Origin: an uncultured Thermodesulfobacteriota bacterium
GTDB lineage: Bacteria; Desulfobacterota; CAZCTP01
Reading direction: 5' to 3'
DNA length: 64,000 nt
Assembly: GCA_964501575.1 (NCBI GenBank)
Contig: CAZCTP010000004.1
Coordinates: 9,402 to 73,401, forward strand
The first letter of the stretch is position 1. Each line of letters opens with the position of its first letter. The position numbers and the translations under genes are program-made. This document shows positions 38,901-48,595 of the stretch, piece after piece. Below the pieces are notes generated by a model. That model worked only from the letters and a program-made list of their open reading frames with translations, had not been told where the DNA came from and ran no database searches.

Positions 38901-39964
38901 TTACTTGATACTCTATCTATCATAAGTGTATTTCTTAAGTATGGACCAGCATTTATACTATCAATAAATAAGAGATCTATTTTATCTATATCTAACTCCT
39001 TTAATCTATTAATTTTATCAATTGTTAATTCTTCATTACTCTGTAAAATAACTTCCCCAGTATTTTTGTCTACCACATCATAAGCAATAACTTTATCTAA
39101 TATATCTTCAATTCCAACTGGTATATACTTAATGCCAGCATTTAACATCTTATTCAATATTTGCTTAGTATACTTTCTATTCTTTTTTATCAGGACCTCT
39201 CCGGTTTTTTTATCTATTATCTCTTCCTTTGCCCTTTTTTCAAGAAGTATATCAGGATCCACGCTTCTCAATATTTTATCATCTTTAAAAACTATTTTTT
39301 CTTTCTTATAAAAGTAATCCAAAAGCTCTTGTTCAGAATACCCTAAAGCCTTAAGCAAAACAGTCACAGGAAACTTCTTCCTTCTATCAATTCTTACATA
39401 TAATATATCCTTTGTATCAAACTCAAAATCTAACCATGATCCTCTATAAGGGATTATTCTTGCAGAATATAAAAGTTTACCTACAGAATGACTCTTCCCT
39501 TTATCATGCTCAAAGAATACTCCAGGAGAACGATGAAGCTGGCTAACTATAACTCTTTCGGTCCCATTTATTATAAATGTTCCTTTATTTGTCATTAAAG
39601 GAATGTCTCCAAAATAAACTTCTTGCTCTTTTACATCTCTTATACTCTTACCAACTTCGTTATCATCCCAGACAATAATTCTTATAGTAACTTTGAAAGG
39701 AGCAGCATAAGTCATACCTCTTTGTCGACACTCATCTATATCATATTTAGGATTACCTATATCGTAACTAACAAATTCCAGAGAGGCTCTATTATTAGGA
39801 TCTTTTATCGGAAATATACTCTTAAATACTCCCTGTAGTCCTATATCTTTTCTCTCCTCTGGCCTAACATTCATTTGTAAAAATTTCTCAAAAGACTTTC
39901 TTTGAACATCAATTAAATTGGGTATACCAATAATTTCAGAAATTTTCCCATAATACTTTCTCAT
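35912..39964 (-). CDS. rpoB: DNA-directed RNA polymerase subunit beta
   Basis: 1350 aa. Rif-cluster region [34 protein letters not shown]. Confidence 0.97.
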   Translation of the reverse strand: MRKYYGKISEIIGIPNLIDVQRKSFEKFLQMNVRPEERKDIGLQGVFKSIFPIKDPNNRASLEFVSYDIGNPKYDIDECRQRGMTYAAPFKVTIRIIVWDDNEVGKSIRDVKEQEVYFGDIPLMTNKGTFIINGTERVIVSQLHRSPGVFFEHDKGKSHSVGKLLYSARIIPYRGSWLDFEFDTKDILYVRIDRRKKFPVTVLLKALGYSEQELLDYFYKKEKIVFKDDKILRSVDPDILLEKRAKEEIIDKKTGEVLIKKNRKYTKQILNKMLNAGIKYIPVGIEDILDKVIAYDVVDKNTGEVILQSNEELTIDKINRLKELDIDKIDLLFIDSINAGPYLRNTLMIDRVSSKEEAIVEIAKKLRPGEPQTIETATTIFNNLFFNPDRYDLSKVGRLKLNYRLGLNFSLDHTTLTKEDILEVVKYLIQLKNGWGEVDDIDHLGNRRVRTVGELLENQYRIGLVRMERAIKERMTLQDVETLMPHDLINSKPLTAVIREFFGSSQLSQFMDQTNPLSEITHKRRLSALGPGGLTRERAGFEVRDVNPTHYGRVCPIETPEGPNIGLIASLSTYARINEFGFIETPYREVVNGVVTDNIRFLSALDEEDHVIAQANAPVDENNRFVSDFISARIGGEFVMVKPEEVDFMDVSPKQLVSVATALIPFLEHDDANRALMGSNMQRQAVPLIKTEAPLIGTGIEKVVAEDSGVTVIAKNDGIVESVDANRIVVKRDEGGIDIYNLTKYQRSNQNTLINQKPIVLNGDRIRKGQVIADGPSISKGELALGRNVLVAFMSWGGYNFEDSILISERIVKEDYFTSIHIEEFDTVTRDTKLGKEEITRDIPNIPEESLKNLDESGIVRIGAEVKSGDILVGKVTPKGETQLSPEEKLLRAIFGEKAGEVKDTSLRVPPGIEGIVIGAKVFSRKGVEKDERTKSIEDEEILKIKNDMRDEISVIEGEAYEKIKNILLGKVLSQGIVLDEGVIIPKNEMVTEEVLLKIPKERWAELSVAEENGDVKRGINRIMKEMREQIDLIKLVFESKIDRIRRVDELPPGVIKMVKVYIAIKRKLCVGDKMAGRHGNKGVLSRIVPEEDMPYLEDGTPVDMVLNPLGVPSRMNIGQILEAHLGWAAKELGKQIEDYINNNFSPQVIKEKIKEIYSSKVMDEFLDSATDEEIIKLARSLKNGVPISTPVFDGANEEEIKEFLKLSELPLDGQTILYDGRTGEPFDKKVTVGIMYMMKLHHLVEDKIHARSVGPYSLVTQQPLGGKAQFGGQRLGEMEVWALEAYGAAHILHEFLTVKSDDVVGRTSIYEAIVKGETNYESGVPESFNVLVKELQSLALNVELLQEES

Positions 39965-39976
39965 AGATATCCCTCT

Positions 39977-40360
39977 CTATTTTATTTCTACTGTTGCTCC
40001 TACCTCTTCAAGTTCTTTTTTAATCTTATCTGCCTCTTCTTTTGGAATCCCTTCTTTAACAGGTTTTGGTGCACTATCCACAAGCTCCTTTGCCTCTTTT
40101 AAACCTAATCCTGTTATACTTCTCACTACCTTAATAACCTGAATCTTTTTATCCCCTATATTGGATAAAATAACATTAAATTCCGTTTTCTCTTCTGCCT
40201 CCTTAGCTTCAGCTGTAACTTGTGCCTGAGCTGGAGCGGCTACTGTTGGAATAGCACTCACACCAAATCTTTCTTCAAGCTCCTTAACAAGGGAGGAGAG
40301 CTCCAAAACTGTCATATTTTCTATAAAATTTATTACATCCTCCTTTGTAATCTCTCCCAT
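39977..40360 (-). CDS. rplL: 50S ribosomal protein L7/L12
   Basis: 127 aa, Ala/Pro hinge. Confidence 0.95.
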   Translation of the reverse strand: MGEITKEDVINFIENMTVLELSSLVKELEERFGVSAIPTVAAPAQAQVTAEAKEAEEKTEFNVILSNIGDKKIQVIKVVRSITGLGLKEAKELVDSAPKPVKEGIPKEEADKIKKELEEVGATVEIK

Positions 40361-40361
40361 T

Positions 40362-40874
40362 TTAGCTTAATCCTCCTTTTTGTTTTAATATATATATAAA
40401 TTCTCTTATAGGACCATTTAAAGCATTAACCAATCTATATTGAGCGTTTGAAAGTATAAATAGCAGTTTCCCGATGATAACCTCCTTAGGTGGAAGTTCA
40501 GATAATAGTTTTACATCTTCAGAAGATATAAATTTACCCATTAACATACCAGCCTTTATCTCTAACTTAGAATTATCCTTTTTGAAATCCATAAGCACTT
40601 TTACAGGCTCAACGGGATCATCATAAAATAGAGCTACTGCTGTGGGCCCCACTAAGTAATTAGTTAGCCCTTCAAAATCTGTATCCTTTGATGCTAAATT
40701 TAAAAGTCTGTTATTAATAACCCTATATTCTACTCTTTTTTCCTTTAGTTCATTCCTCAATTTATTAATCTCCGGGACACTTAATCCCCTATAGTCTGTT
40801 AATACGATAGCCCTTGCCTTTAAGAGCTTATCATGAAACTTCTCAACAAATTCTACTTTTTTTTCTCTTTTCAA
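40362..40874 (-). CDS. rplJ: 50S ribosomal protein L10
   Basis: 170 aa. Confidence 0.9.
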   Translation of the reverse strand: MKREKKVEFVEKFHDKLLKARAIVLTDYRGLSVPEINKLRNELKEKRVEYRVINNRLLNLASKDTDFEGLTNYLVGPTAVALFYDDPVEPVKVLMDFKKDNSKLEIKAGMLMGKFISSEDVKLLSELPPKEVIIGKLLFILSNAQYRLVNALNGPIREFIYILKQKGGLS

Positions 40875-40940
40875 TTTACTCCTCTTCCTTATAAATAAAA
40901 AATTCCCCCCTGAAATTCAATAAAATATAATCTTACCCAT

Positions 40941-41648
40941 TTATTTAATATATTCCCTAATATTATTAGAATCTATCTTTATGGATGGACCCATAGTAGA
41001 AGAGATGGCTACATTTCTCAAATATACCCCTTTGCTTGTTGCAGGTTTTGATTTCATAACTATATCTAAAAATGATAACATATTATTTAATAATTTTTCA
41101 ACCCCAAATGATACTTTACCAATAGGAACATGAAGATTACCAAATTTGTCTACTTTAAATTCGATCTTCCCACTCTTTATCTCTTTTACAGCTCTTTTAA
41201 TATCGAATGTAACAGTACCAACCTTTGGGTTAGGCATTAATCCTCGGGGTCCCAATATTTTACCTATCTTACTAACCGCCCCCATAAGATCAGGAGTTGA
41301 AATAGCTTTATCAAATTCCAACCATCCTTGAGAAATCTTATTTATTAAGTCCTCTGCACCAACATAATTTGCACCCGCTTCTATTGCTTCCTTCTCCTTT
41401 TCACCCTTTGCAAATACAAGTACTTTTACCTCCTTACCAATTCCATGGGGCAAAAGTACAGTACCCCTCACCATTTGATCTGCCTTCCTTGGGTCAACTC
41501 CCAAATTAACTGCCACCTCAACAGTTTCGTCAAATTTAGCAGGATGGGTATCTATAACGAGTTTAATACCCTCATCTAAATTATACTTTTTAGTTGAATC
41601 TATTTTACTTTTAGCCTCTAAATATTTTTTACCCTTCTTTGCCATCAC
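40941..41648 (-). CDS. rplA: 50S ribosomal protein L1
   Basis: 235 aa. Confidence 0.95.
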   Translation of the reverse strand: MMAKKGKKYLEAKSKIDSTKKYNLDEGIKLVIDTHPAKFDETVEVAVNLGVDPRKADQMVRGTVLLPHGIGKEVKVLVFAKGEKEKEAIEAGANYVGAEDLINKISQGWLEFDKAISTPDLMGAVSKIGKILGPRGLMPNPKVGTVTFDIKRAVKEIKSGKIEFKVDKFGNLHVPIGKVSFGVEKLLNNMLSFLDIVMKSKPATSKGVYLRNVAISSTMGPSIKIDSNNIREYIK

Positions 41649-42070
41649 TTTACTACCTCTATTCCCATACTTCTTGCTGTTCCTTTAATAATCTTAACAG
41701 CAACATTAATATCCGAAGTATTCAGGTCTGGAAGTTTAGTTTTTGCTATTTCTATAACATCTTCTTCTTTCACAGTCCCAACCTTTTCCTTACCCGTATT
41801 AGATGCCCCCTTAGCTAATCCAGCTGCTCTCTTTAGAAGTATAGAAGCAGGAGGAGTCTTTTTAATAAAAGAGAATGTCCTATCAGAATATATACTAATA
41901 AGAACAGGAATAATCATTCCTTCTTGATCCTTAGTCTGATCATTAAATGCTTTACAAAATTCCATTATATTTACACCATACTGCCCTAATGCTGGCCCAA
42001 CTGGAGGAGCAGGTGTTGCTTTTCCAGCTGGAATTTGAAGTTTTACTGTTGCTATTATCTTTTTTGCCAT
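41645..42070 (-). CDS. rplK: 50S ribosomal protein L11
   Basis: 141 aa. [16 protein letters not shown]. Confidence 0.95.
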   Translation of the reverse strand: MAKKIIATVKLQIPAGKATPAPPVGPALGQYGVNIMEFCKAFNDQTKDQEGMIIPVLISIYSDRTFSFIKKTPPASILLKRAAGLAKGASNTGKEKVGTVKEEDVIEIAKTKLPDLNTSDINVAVKIIKGTARSMGIEVVK

Positions 42071-42072
42071 AT

Positions 42073-42603
42073 TTAGCCCCTTTCTACCTGTTCTATATCA
42101 AGTTCTACAGGTGTAGCCCTGCCAAATACACTCACCAAGACTCTAATCTTTCCCTTTTCAGGTTTTACCTCATCTACAATCCCAGAAAAATTTGTAAATG
42201 GACCATCTATAACCTTAACACTCTCACCTTTTTCTAAGTATGCCTTATGTTTTTTCTTAAGTATACCGGTCTCTATCTGAGTCATAATTTCTTTAACCTC
42301 GTCATCAGAAAGAGGAACAGGATTTCTATTACCACCCACAAAACCAGTAACTTTTGGAGTATTCCTAACAATATACCATGTATCATCTGTTAATTCCATA
42401 TTTACAAGAATGTAACCAGGATAAAAACTTTTAGTAACATTTCTTTTCTTACCTCTAACAACTTCTACAACACTTTCTGATGGAACCAAAATTTCACCAA
42501 AAAAATCCTCTTTAGAGTAAAGTTTAATTCTCTCCTCGAGAGACATTTTAACCCTATTTTCATATCCTGAATATGTATGCACTACATACCACTTCTTCGC
42601 CAT
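42073..42603 (-). CDS. nusG: transcription termination/antitermination factor NusG
   Basis: 176 aa. [18 protein letters not shown] domain. Confidence 0.95.
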   Translation of the reverse strand: MAKKWYVVHTYSGYENRVKMSLEERIKLYSKEDFFGEILVPSESVVEVVRGKKRNVTKSFYPGYILVNMELTDDTWYIVRNTPKVTGFVGGNRNPVPLSDDEVKEIMTQIETGILKKKHKAYLEKGESVKVIDGPFTNFSGIVDEVKPEKGKIRVLVSVFGRATPVELDIEQVERG

Positions 42604-42609
42604 AATAAC

Positions 42610-42813
42610 TTAACCTAATATAAATGTAATTATCTTCTGTAAACCTAAATCTACAATACCCAAAAATAAAGAAAATATAATAACTGTTATCAAAACTACA
42701 CCTGTAGCTTTTACCGTTTCTTCTCTTGAAGGCCAACTTATTCTTTTAAGTTCAACCTTTACCTCTTTAAGAAATTGAACACCTTTTGAGACCTTTTCTC
42801 TTACATCGTTCAT
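42610..42813 (-). CDS. secE: preprotein translocase subunit SecE
   Basis: 67 aa, single TM. Canonical position upstream of nusG. Confidence 0.85.
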   Translation of the reverse strand: MNDVREKVSKGVQFLKEVKVELKRISWPSREETVKATGVVLITVIIFSLFLGIVDLGLQKIITFILG

Positions 42814-42872
42814 TTAATTTGTCTTATTATACCCTTTATATCCTAAATTAATTTGAAAAAATCCTTTACATC

Positions 42873-42946
42873 CAGGCCAGGAGGGATTCGAACCCCCACC
42901 CCCCGGATTTGGAGTCCGGTGCTCTCCCTATTAGAGCTACTGGCCT
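42873..42946 (-). tRNA. tRNA-Trp (anticodon CCA)
   Basis: Minus-strand AGGCCAGTAGCTCTAATAGGGAGAGCACCGGACTCCAAATCCGGGGG...TTCGAATCC...CTGGCCTG. Anticodon loop CTCCAAA. Canonical rpmG-secE neighbourhood. Confidence 0.85.
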
Positions 42947-42951
42947 AACTA

Positions 42952-43101
42952 TTATTTTATCTCCCTATGAATAGTATGTTTATTACAGAAGGAACAATAT
43001 TTTTTAAATTCCAACTTATCAGGAACGTTCCTTTTATTCTTAGTTGTTGAATAATTTCTTCTTTTACACTCATTACAGGATAAAGTTATTATCTCCTTCA
43101 T
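42952..43101 (-). CDS. rpmG: 50S ribosomal protein L33 (zinc-binding C+ form)
   Basis: Hand-translated 49 codons, [49 protein letters not shown]. Under 60 aa, so not in the ORF track. Confidence 0.85.
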   Translation of the reverse strand: MKEIITLSCNECKRRNYSTTKNKRNVPDKLEFKKYCSFCNKHTIHREIK

Positions 43102-43113
43102 TATCAATCCCCT

Positions 43114-44313
43114 CTATTCCAGTATCTCGCTTATTACTCCAGCCCCCACTGTCTTACCCCCCTCTCTTATAGCAAATCTCAACTCCTTCTCCATAGCTAT
43201 AGGAGTTATCAAATTAACTATTAATGATACATTATCCCCAGGCATCACCATCTCAACACCCTCAGGTAAATCAACTATACCAGTCACATCCGTAGTCCTA
43301 AAATAAAACTGCGGCCTATAACCCCTAAAAAATGGCGTGTGCCTACCACCCTCCTCCTTACTCAATATATATACCTCACTCCTAAACCTCTTATGCGGAG
43401 TCACACTCCCGGGCTTAGATAATACCTGACCCCTCTCAACCTCATCCTTCTTTATACCCCTCAATAAACAACCTATATTGTCCCCTGCCCTACCCTCATC
43501 CAATATCTTCCTGAACATCTCTACACTCGTAACAACCGTCTTAGTAGTCTCCTTAAACCCAACTATCTCTACCTCCTCCCCAGACTTTATAATACCCCTC
43601 TCAACCCTACCAGTAACTACCGTACCCCTACCACTTATACTAAATACATCCTCTATAGGCATCAAAAACGGCTTGTCCACATCCCTCTTGGGATCAGGAA
43701 TGTAATTATCTATAGCATCCATTAACTCAAACACTACCTTACACTTATCACAATCCTCCTTACCACAACCACACTCCAATGCCCTCAATGCACTACCCTT
43801 AATAACCGGTATCTCATCACCAGGAAAATTATACTCACTCAATAACTCCCTAACCTCTAACTCAACTAAATCTAATAACTCAGGATCATCAACCATATCT
43901 ACCTTGTTCAAAAATACTACTATATACGGTACCCCAACCTGCCTCGCTAATAATATATGCTCCCTCGTCTGGGGCATAGGACCATCTGCAGCACTAACAA
44001 CTAATATAGCCCCATCCATCTGCGCAGCACCAGTTATCATATTCTTTATATAATCAGCATGCCCAGGACAATCCACATGCGCATAATGCCTCCTATCCGT
44101 CTGATACTCCACATGCGCTATCGCTATCGTAATACCCCTCTCCTTCTCCTCAGGAGCCTTGTCTATATCATCAAAAGGCACATAACTCGCTAACTTCCTA
44201 TTAGCCAGTATCTTGGTTATCGCTGAAGTCAATGTAGTCTTACCATGATCCACATGACCCACAGTCCCTATATTAATATGTGGCTTAGTCCTCTCAAATC
44301 TTGCCTTGCCCAT
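43114..44313 (-). CDS. tuf: elongation factor Tu, copy 2
   Basis: Identical 399-aa translation to copy 1. Preceded by four tRNA genes as in E. coli tufB. Confidence 0.97.
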   Translation of the reverse strand: MGKARFERTKPHINIGTVGHVDHGKTTLTSAITKILANRKLASYVPFDDIDKAPEEKERGITIAIAHVEYQTDRRHYAHVDCPGHADYIKNMITGAAQMDGAILVVSAADGPMPQTREHILLARQVGVPYIVVFLNKVDMVDDPELLDLVELEVRELLSEYNFPGDEIPVIKGSALRALECGCGKEDCDKCKVVFELMDAIDNYIPDPKRDVDKPFLMPIEDVFSISGRGTVVTGRVERGIIKSGEEVEIVGFKETTKTVVTSVEMFRKILDEGRAGDNIGCLLRGIKKDEVERGQVLSKPGSVTPHKRFRSEVYILSKEEGGRHTPFFRGYRPQFYFRTTDVTGIVDLPEGVEMVMPGDNVSLIVNLITPIAMEKELRFAIREGGKTVGAGVISEILE

Positions 44314-44323
44314 AAAACCTCCT
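43114..44323. repeat. 1.21-kb perfect direct repeat (tuf copy 2)
   Basis: Partner of the 27617..28826 repeat. Confidence 0.85.
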
Positions 44324-44334
44324 CATTTTTATTA

Positions 44335-44406
44335 AGCCCACGACCGGGGTTGAACCGGTGACCTCTTCCTTACCAAGGAAGTGCTCCACCACTGAGCTAC
44401 GTGGGC
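44335..44406 (-). tRNA. tRNA-Thr (anticodon GGT)
   Basis: Minus-strand GCCCACGTAGCTCAGTGGTGGAGCACTTCCTTGGTAAGGAAGAGGTCACCGGTTCAACCCCGGTCGTGGGCT. Anticodon loop TTGGTAA. Confidence 0.85.
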
Positions 44407-44420
44407 AAATAATCACCCTT

Positions 44421-44497
44421 TGGAGCGGGAAACGGGATTCGAACCCGCGACCCCCAGCTTGGAAGGCTGGCGCTCTTGCCAACTGAGCTATTCCCGC
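44421..44497 (-). tRNA. tRNA-Gly (anticodon TCC), CCA encoded
   Basis: Minus-strand GCGGGAATAGCTCAGTTGGCAAGAGCGCCAGCCTTCCAAGCTGGGGGTCGCGGGTTCGAATCCCGTTTCCCGCTCCA. Anticodon loop CTTCCAA. Confidence 0.85.
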
Positions 44498-44514
44498 ATT
44501 ACTATCACTCTATT

Positions 44515-44597
44515 TGGAGAGGGGAGGATTCGAACCTCCGAAGGCCTATGCCAACAGATTTACAGTCTGCCCCCTTTGGCCACTCGGGAACCTCTCC
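44515..44597 (-). tRNA. tRNA-Tyr (anticodon GTA), long variable arm, CCA encoded
   Basis: Minus-strand GGAGAGGTTCCCGAGTGGCCAAAGGGGGCAGACTGTAAATCTGTTGGCATAGGCCTTCGGAGGTTCGAATCCTCCCCTCTCCA. Anticodon loop CTGTAAA. Confidence 0.85.
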
Positions 44598-44602
44598 TTT
44601 AT

Positions 44603-44675
44603 AGCTGGCGATGGGACTCGAACCCGCAACCTGCTGATTACAAATCAGCTGCTCTACCTGTTGAGCTACGCCAGC
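44603..44675 (-). tRNA. tRNA-Thr (anticodon TGT)
   Basis: Minus-strand GCTGGCGTAGCTCAACAGGTAGAGCAGCTGATTTGTAATCAGCAGGTTGCGGGTTCGAGTCCCATCGCCAGCT. Anticodon loop TTTGTAA. Confidence 0.85.
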
Positions 44676-44686
44676 ATAATTCTTTT

Positions 44687-44715
44687 ATTCTATTTCTTAT
44701 TAAAGATAAGAGCAA
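44687..44715 (-). promoter_or_regulatory. putative sigma70-type promoter for the tRNA-tuf operon (TTGCTC-17 nt-TAGAAT), about 11 nt upstream of tRNA-Thr(TGT)
   Basis: Read by eye on the minus strand in the AT-rich divergent intergenic region. No experimental support. Confidence 0.25.
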
Positions 44716-45063
44716 TCTCTATATAACACAAATTTTCACTATTTTCTAATAAAAAATGTTTATTATTATCTATTTCTTAATATTTTCTCATAATTTCTTT
44801 TATTATAACCCTTTTTAATATATTTTCAAACTAACATTAACAAGGAAAACTTCCAATACTAAATATATATCTCCTTCTATTTACCCAACAAATAAGTTAT
44901 TGGAATAATTATATCTCAAAAAAATAAAAAAAGCAAAGACTTCTTAATTATTTTTTTAAAGTCCAGGAATAAATCTTCTTGGAAAAAGCTTCATTGTATT
45001 ATATATTATTAAAAATTATATAATAATTTTTTATAGATAGATATAGAAATAAAGGAGGGGATA

Positions 45064-45465
45064 ATGAAAATTATAAGAGAAAGATTTATCATATTATTAA
45101 TATTAATATTAACACAAGGTTGTATTGGATCTTTAAAAGCTCAGCTTAGCACTCAAATGGGTAAAAAACCAAATTTTTCAGCTGAAGAAGTAAATAAAAT
45201 AAAAGTTGGTCTTACAACATTAGAAGAAATTAAGGATATGTTTGGAAAACCAAACTATATATCAAAATCAATAAATGGTGAGAATACATTTGGATATATA
45301 TGGGTCAAAGCTACCGGGACTATAAGAGGATCAGGGAAGAGAACCTCTACAGAAGGCGCAGGAACTATAACATCCAATAATATATTTCTAATTATTAAAT
45401 TTAATAGAGAGAAAATTGTTAAATCTTTTGAATTTTCTGATGTTCCTCCGTTTTTATTTAGATAG
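45064..45465 (+). CDS. small lipoprotein, possibly BamE/SmpA-OmlA-like
   Basis: 133 aa. Strong RBS AAAGGAGGGG. Signal peptide ending in the lipobox LTQGC. The mature part resembles SmpA/OmlA (VGLTTLEEIKDMFGKPNYI). Confidence 0.55.
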   Translation: MKIIRERFIILLILILTQGCIGSLKAQLSTQMGKKPNFSAEEVNKIKVGLTTLEEIKDMFGKPNYISKSINGENTFGYIWVKATGTIRGSGKRTSTEGAGTITSNNIFLIIKFNREKIVKSFEFSDVPPFLFR

Positions 45466-45985
45466 AAAAATTACAACTATTTACCTAAATAAATTACTGA
45501 AATAAAGTATCATAAATACTACTTTAAAATCTTAACTACCAAAGGTATTTGAGGTTAAAAATTATGAATATCATTTTTAAATCTTAAGACTATTTTTAGT
45601 AATTTCCTACAGTAATTATAGGTGAAAATTTACACAAACTTTTTGCTTAAAAGTTCATAGATGGAATAGTGTGGAAGTGAGATTGCTTCGCCTTCGGCTG
45701 GCAATGACGTAGCCCGGGAATCGGGGACCGGAAACCGTTGATCGGGAACCGGTAGATATAGGTGATCACAATGACTGCTGAGGACGGAAGACAGATACAG
45801 AAGATATACGAGATAAACGAAATCAACCAGATAAGCACGGAAGTTAGGAAATGAAAAAGTGTAGAAGAAAAGAGTTCATTACTTAATTTAGAATCACTGA
45901 ATTTCCTAAAAAACCTTTGACATCTCAAAGGAAAAATGGTAAAAAATGATTAATAATTTTCCCAAAGAAGGGGGGTGACAGAGGA

Positions 45986-46153
45986 GTGTCTTATAAAATA
46001 ACCGATGAGTGCATTGCCTGTGGAGCATGCCAACCAGAATGTTCTGCAGAAGCTATAAAGGATGGGGATAAATATTCTATAGATCCTGAAAAATGTACAG
46101 AATGTGGGTCATGTGCAGATGTTTGCCCCGTAAGTGCCTGTATACCTGCTTAA
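45986..46153 (+). CDS. 2[4Fe-4S] clostridial-type ferredoxin (55 aa, GTG start)
   Basis: Hand-translated (M)SYKITDECIACGACQPECSAEAIKDGDKYSIDPEKCTECGSCADVCPVSACIPA. Two CxxCxxCxxxCP motifs. RBS AAGGGGGG sits 9-10 nt upstream of the GTG. Under 60 aa, so absent from the ORF track. Confidence 0.8.
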   Translation: MSYKITDECIACGACQPECSAEAIKDGDKYSIDPEKCTECGSCADVCPVSACIPA

Positions 46154-46268
46154 TGTTTATTGATAGAAGCAGGAATTTAAAAAGGGGGATTTATATGGAA
46201 AAGATTTTGATGATTGTTATAAAAATCTTTAGAACCAGAGGATAAAGGTATGAAATTAATTATTATCA

Positions 46269-46293
46269 TCAGAGAGATCCCCCCACTCTCTGA
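46269..46293 (+). terminator. candidate hairpin (8-bp stem TCAGAGAG/CTCTCTGA, loop ATCCCCCCA) followed by a T-rich tract, between the ferredoxin and the ATPase operon
   Basis: Inverted repeat read directly from the sequence. It lies 116 bp after the ferredoxin stop, so a terminator role is uncertain. Confidence 0.3.
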
Positions 46294-46401
46294 TTCATTG
46301 AAAGATGGGAATAGATTCGTAGTAAATTTAATTCACTCTGAGAAAGAGAGATAAAGAAATTTTACTTATAATTATAAAAACTATGTTTAATATATAATTT
46401 T

Positions 46402-48594
46402 ATGGAAGAGAAAGAAAAGTTAGGAACGCTTCTTGTGAAGAAAGGGTTGCTTACACCCTTCCAACTATCTGAAGCATTAAGAATTCAGGAAAAGGGAGAT
46501 CCTAAATCAGGGATTAAGCCTGGTGAAAAACTTGGAAAGATTATAATAAAGAAAGGATATGTTCCTCCCATGGAATTAGTAAGGATTCTATGTGAACAGA
46601 ATAGGAATACCGATTACTTTCTCGTAGGCAAATATTTTTTAATAGAACCCCGATTAACCCGCTTAATACCAAGAGAATTAGCTCTCAGATTTGAAATACT
46701 CCCATTAGTTAGTATAGGAAATGATTTGATTTTGGTAGCTACAAATAGACAATTAAGTAAATATATTATAGAGAATATAGAATACCAGATAAAAAAGAGT
46801 ATAGAACCGATTGTTATAGAAGAAAAGGATTTTATATCAAATATAAAATTATGCTATGACAGATTTGAAAAATTGGAGATGGGGGATGAAAAATTTGGAG
46901 AGCTTTTAGTTAAAGAAGGTCTTTTAATAAAAGGGGATGTAGAATGGGCTATTAAAAAGAGTAGAGAAGAACAGAAGAAACTTATCAGGGTATTGGTAGA
47001 ATATCTAAATATAAATGAAAAAATTCTCTATGAATTTTTAAGTAAAGAGCTGAAGTTAAAGCTTATTAGTGGAGAAGAGGTAATAAAAAATTTGGACAAA
47101 AATATAGCTAAAACATTTTCCAAACCTTTTCTAACATATAATCTACTCGTCCCCTATAAAAGGGGAAATAATACAATATTTATTGCTGTGGCTGACTATA
47201 ATGTAGAGATAGAAGGGATTAAAAAAAATTTTGATATACCGAGTATAGATGTCAGATTGATCTCTTTAACAGATATAAATAGAGTATTTAAATACCTCTT
47301 CCCAGAAGAATCACCTGAAGTTCCTGCAGTTGTGGAGAGTATGGAGTTTGAAGATATTGGTATTGAAGAAGAAGGTTACCCGCTACATGTTACCGATATA
47401 GAGAGCTTAAAACATAGGTATCAAAAGGCTGTGAATAATATATTATTTGAGGCTATAAAGAAAAAAGCAAGTGATATACACTTAGAAAACTATGAAGATG
47501 AGGTCGTTATGAGATTAAGAATTGACGGAACATTGTATGATGAGAAAGGAATAAATATAGGCAAAAAAGATATACCAGGAATAATAAATGTATTCAAGGT
47601 AATATCAAATCTTGATATTGCAGAAAGAAGATTACCTCAGGGAGGAAGATTCAGGAAGAAAACAAAAGGTGGCAACATATACGACTTTAGAATACAGACT
47701 CAACCAACCTTTTTTGGAGAAAACATTGTAATAAGGATATTAAGTCAATCGGGGTCTTTACTGTCACTTGAAGAGCTTGGTTTCTCTGAAGAATTAGAGA
47801 AAAGGTATTTAAGGATTATTCGTAATCCCAATGGATTGATACTATTTGTTGGGCCAACAGGAAGTGGGAAAACAACTACTCTATACTCTACTCTTGAAAT
47901 CCTGAAGAAGGATAAGAAGAAAAAGATAATCACAATAGAAGACCCTATAGAATATTCTTTAAACAGGATTCAACAATCCCAGGTAAAGGAAGAAATAGGC
48001 TATACATTTGCAAGTGCTACAAGAGGATTTCTAAGAGAGGATCCCGATATAATATTAATAGGTGAAATAAGAGACAGTGAAACCGCTATGGAGGCAATAA
48101 GAGCAAGTCAAACAGGCCATCTTGTATTTTCTACTATTCATTCCAATGATACAATAGCTACGGTGCAAAGACTTATGGATATGGGAATCCATCCTAATAG
48201 TATAGCCTCTGAACTCCTTTTATTAATATCACAAAGACTTGCAAAAAAGATATGTCCCCACTGTAAAATAGAATATACTCCTGATAAAGAGATATTGAAA
48301 GAATTCTATGGAAATAATTTACCAAAGGGGATAAAATTTCTAAAAGGAAAAGGTTGTGATAATTGCGATAATCTCGGTCACAAAGGAAGGATAGCTATAT
48401 TTGAGTTCTGGGAGATAGATAATGATATAAAGCTCCTTATAAGTAAGGCATCTGATCCTGTAACACTTTATAATAAAGCTAAAGAGAAAGGATTCACAAC
48501 CCTTCTTGATGATGGATTAAAAAAGGTGGAAGCAGGGATAATAGATATCGAAGAACTCTTAAATATAATCCCTTTATCTATGATATCACACTAA
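46402..48594 (+). CDS. GspE/PilB/MshE-family secretion ATPase with duplicated N-terminal MshEN-like and GSPII_E_N regions
   Basis: 730 aa. Walker A GPTGSGKTT. Asp box, Walker B IITIEDPIE and His box present. C-terminal tetracysteine CPHC...CDNC. The N-terminus has LGTLLVKKGLLTPFQLSEALRIQ / LGKIIIKKGYVPPMELVRIL and a second FGELLVKEGLLIKGDVEWAIKK unit (MshEN-like c-di-GMP-binding motifs). Confidence 0.85.
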   Translation: MEEKEKLGTLLVKKGLLTPFQLSEALRIQEKGDPKSGIKPGEKLGKIIIKKGYVPPMELVRILCEQNRNTDYFLVGKYFLIEPRLTRLIPRELALRFEILPLVSIGNDLILVATNRQLSKYIIENIEYQIKKSIEPIVIEEKDFISNIKLCYDRFEKLEMGDEKFGELLVKEGLLIKGDVEWAIKKSREEQKKLIRVLVEYLNINEKILYEFLSKELKLKLISGEEVIKNLDKNIAKTFSKPFLTYNLLVPYKRGNNTIFIAVADYNVEIEGIKKNFDIPSIDVRLISLTDINRVFKYLFPEESPEVPAVVESMEFEDIGIEEEGYPLHVTDIESLKHRYQKAVNNILFEAIKKKASDIHLENYEDEVVMRLRIDGTLYDEKGINIGKKDIPGIINVFKVISNLDIAERRLPQGGRFRKKTKGGNIYDFRIQTQPTFFGENIVIRILSQSGSLLSLEELGFSEELEKRYLRIIRNPNGLILFVGPTGSGKTTTLYSTLEILKKDKKKKIITIEDPIEYSLNRIQQSQVKEEIGYTFASATRGFLREDPDIILIGEIRDSETAMEAIRASQTGHLVFSTIHSNDTIATVQRLMDMGIHPNSIASELLLLISQRLAKKICPHCKIEYTPDKEILKEFYGNNLPKGIKFLKGKGCDNCDNLGHKGRIAIFEFWEIDNDIKLLISKASDPVTLYNKAKEKGFTTLLDDGLKKVEAGIIDIEELLNIIPLSMISH

Positions 48595-48595
48595 A

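Noticed and set aside
13445-42603. Numerous plus-strand ORFs of 60-140 aa antisense to ribosomal-protein, rpoB/rpoC, tuf and fusA genes (e.g. 21041..21394, 32310..32660, 27981..28208)
   Set aside because: All are embedded antisense in strongly supported conserved genes. Their translations are low-complexity Ser/Leu/Ile-rich products of the AT-rich reverse strand.
44294-44749. ORF-track ORFs 44294..44482(-), 44420..44749(+), 44514..44726(+)
   Set aside because: They lie entirely over four cloverleaf tRNA genes and the tuf 5' end. The translations are low complexity. These are artefacts of the tRNA cluster.
45601-45908. 9-bp direct repeat AATTTCCTA at 45601 and 45900, bracketing the GC-rich island. 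Considered as target-site duplication of an inserted element.
   Set aside because: A 9-mer recurring once in AT-rich DNA is within chance. There are no terminal inverted repeats and no transposase.
45647-45928. 93-aa minus-strand ORF across the GC-rich island
   Set aside because: No RBS, a Cys/Phe-rich nonsense-like translation, and it runs antisense to a plausible structured element and sORF. Better explained as a non-coding feature.
46194-46330. Mini-ORFs in the ferredoxin-ATPase intergenic region (MEKILMIVIKIFRTRG, 16 aa; MKLIIIIREIPPLSDSLKDGNRFVVNLIHSEKER, 34 aa)
   Set aside because: Very short, AT-rich hydrophobic translations. One spans the candidate terminator hairpin. No support beyond an RBS-like purine run.
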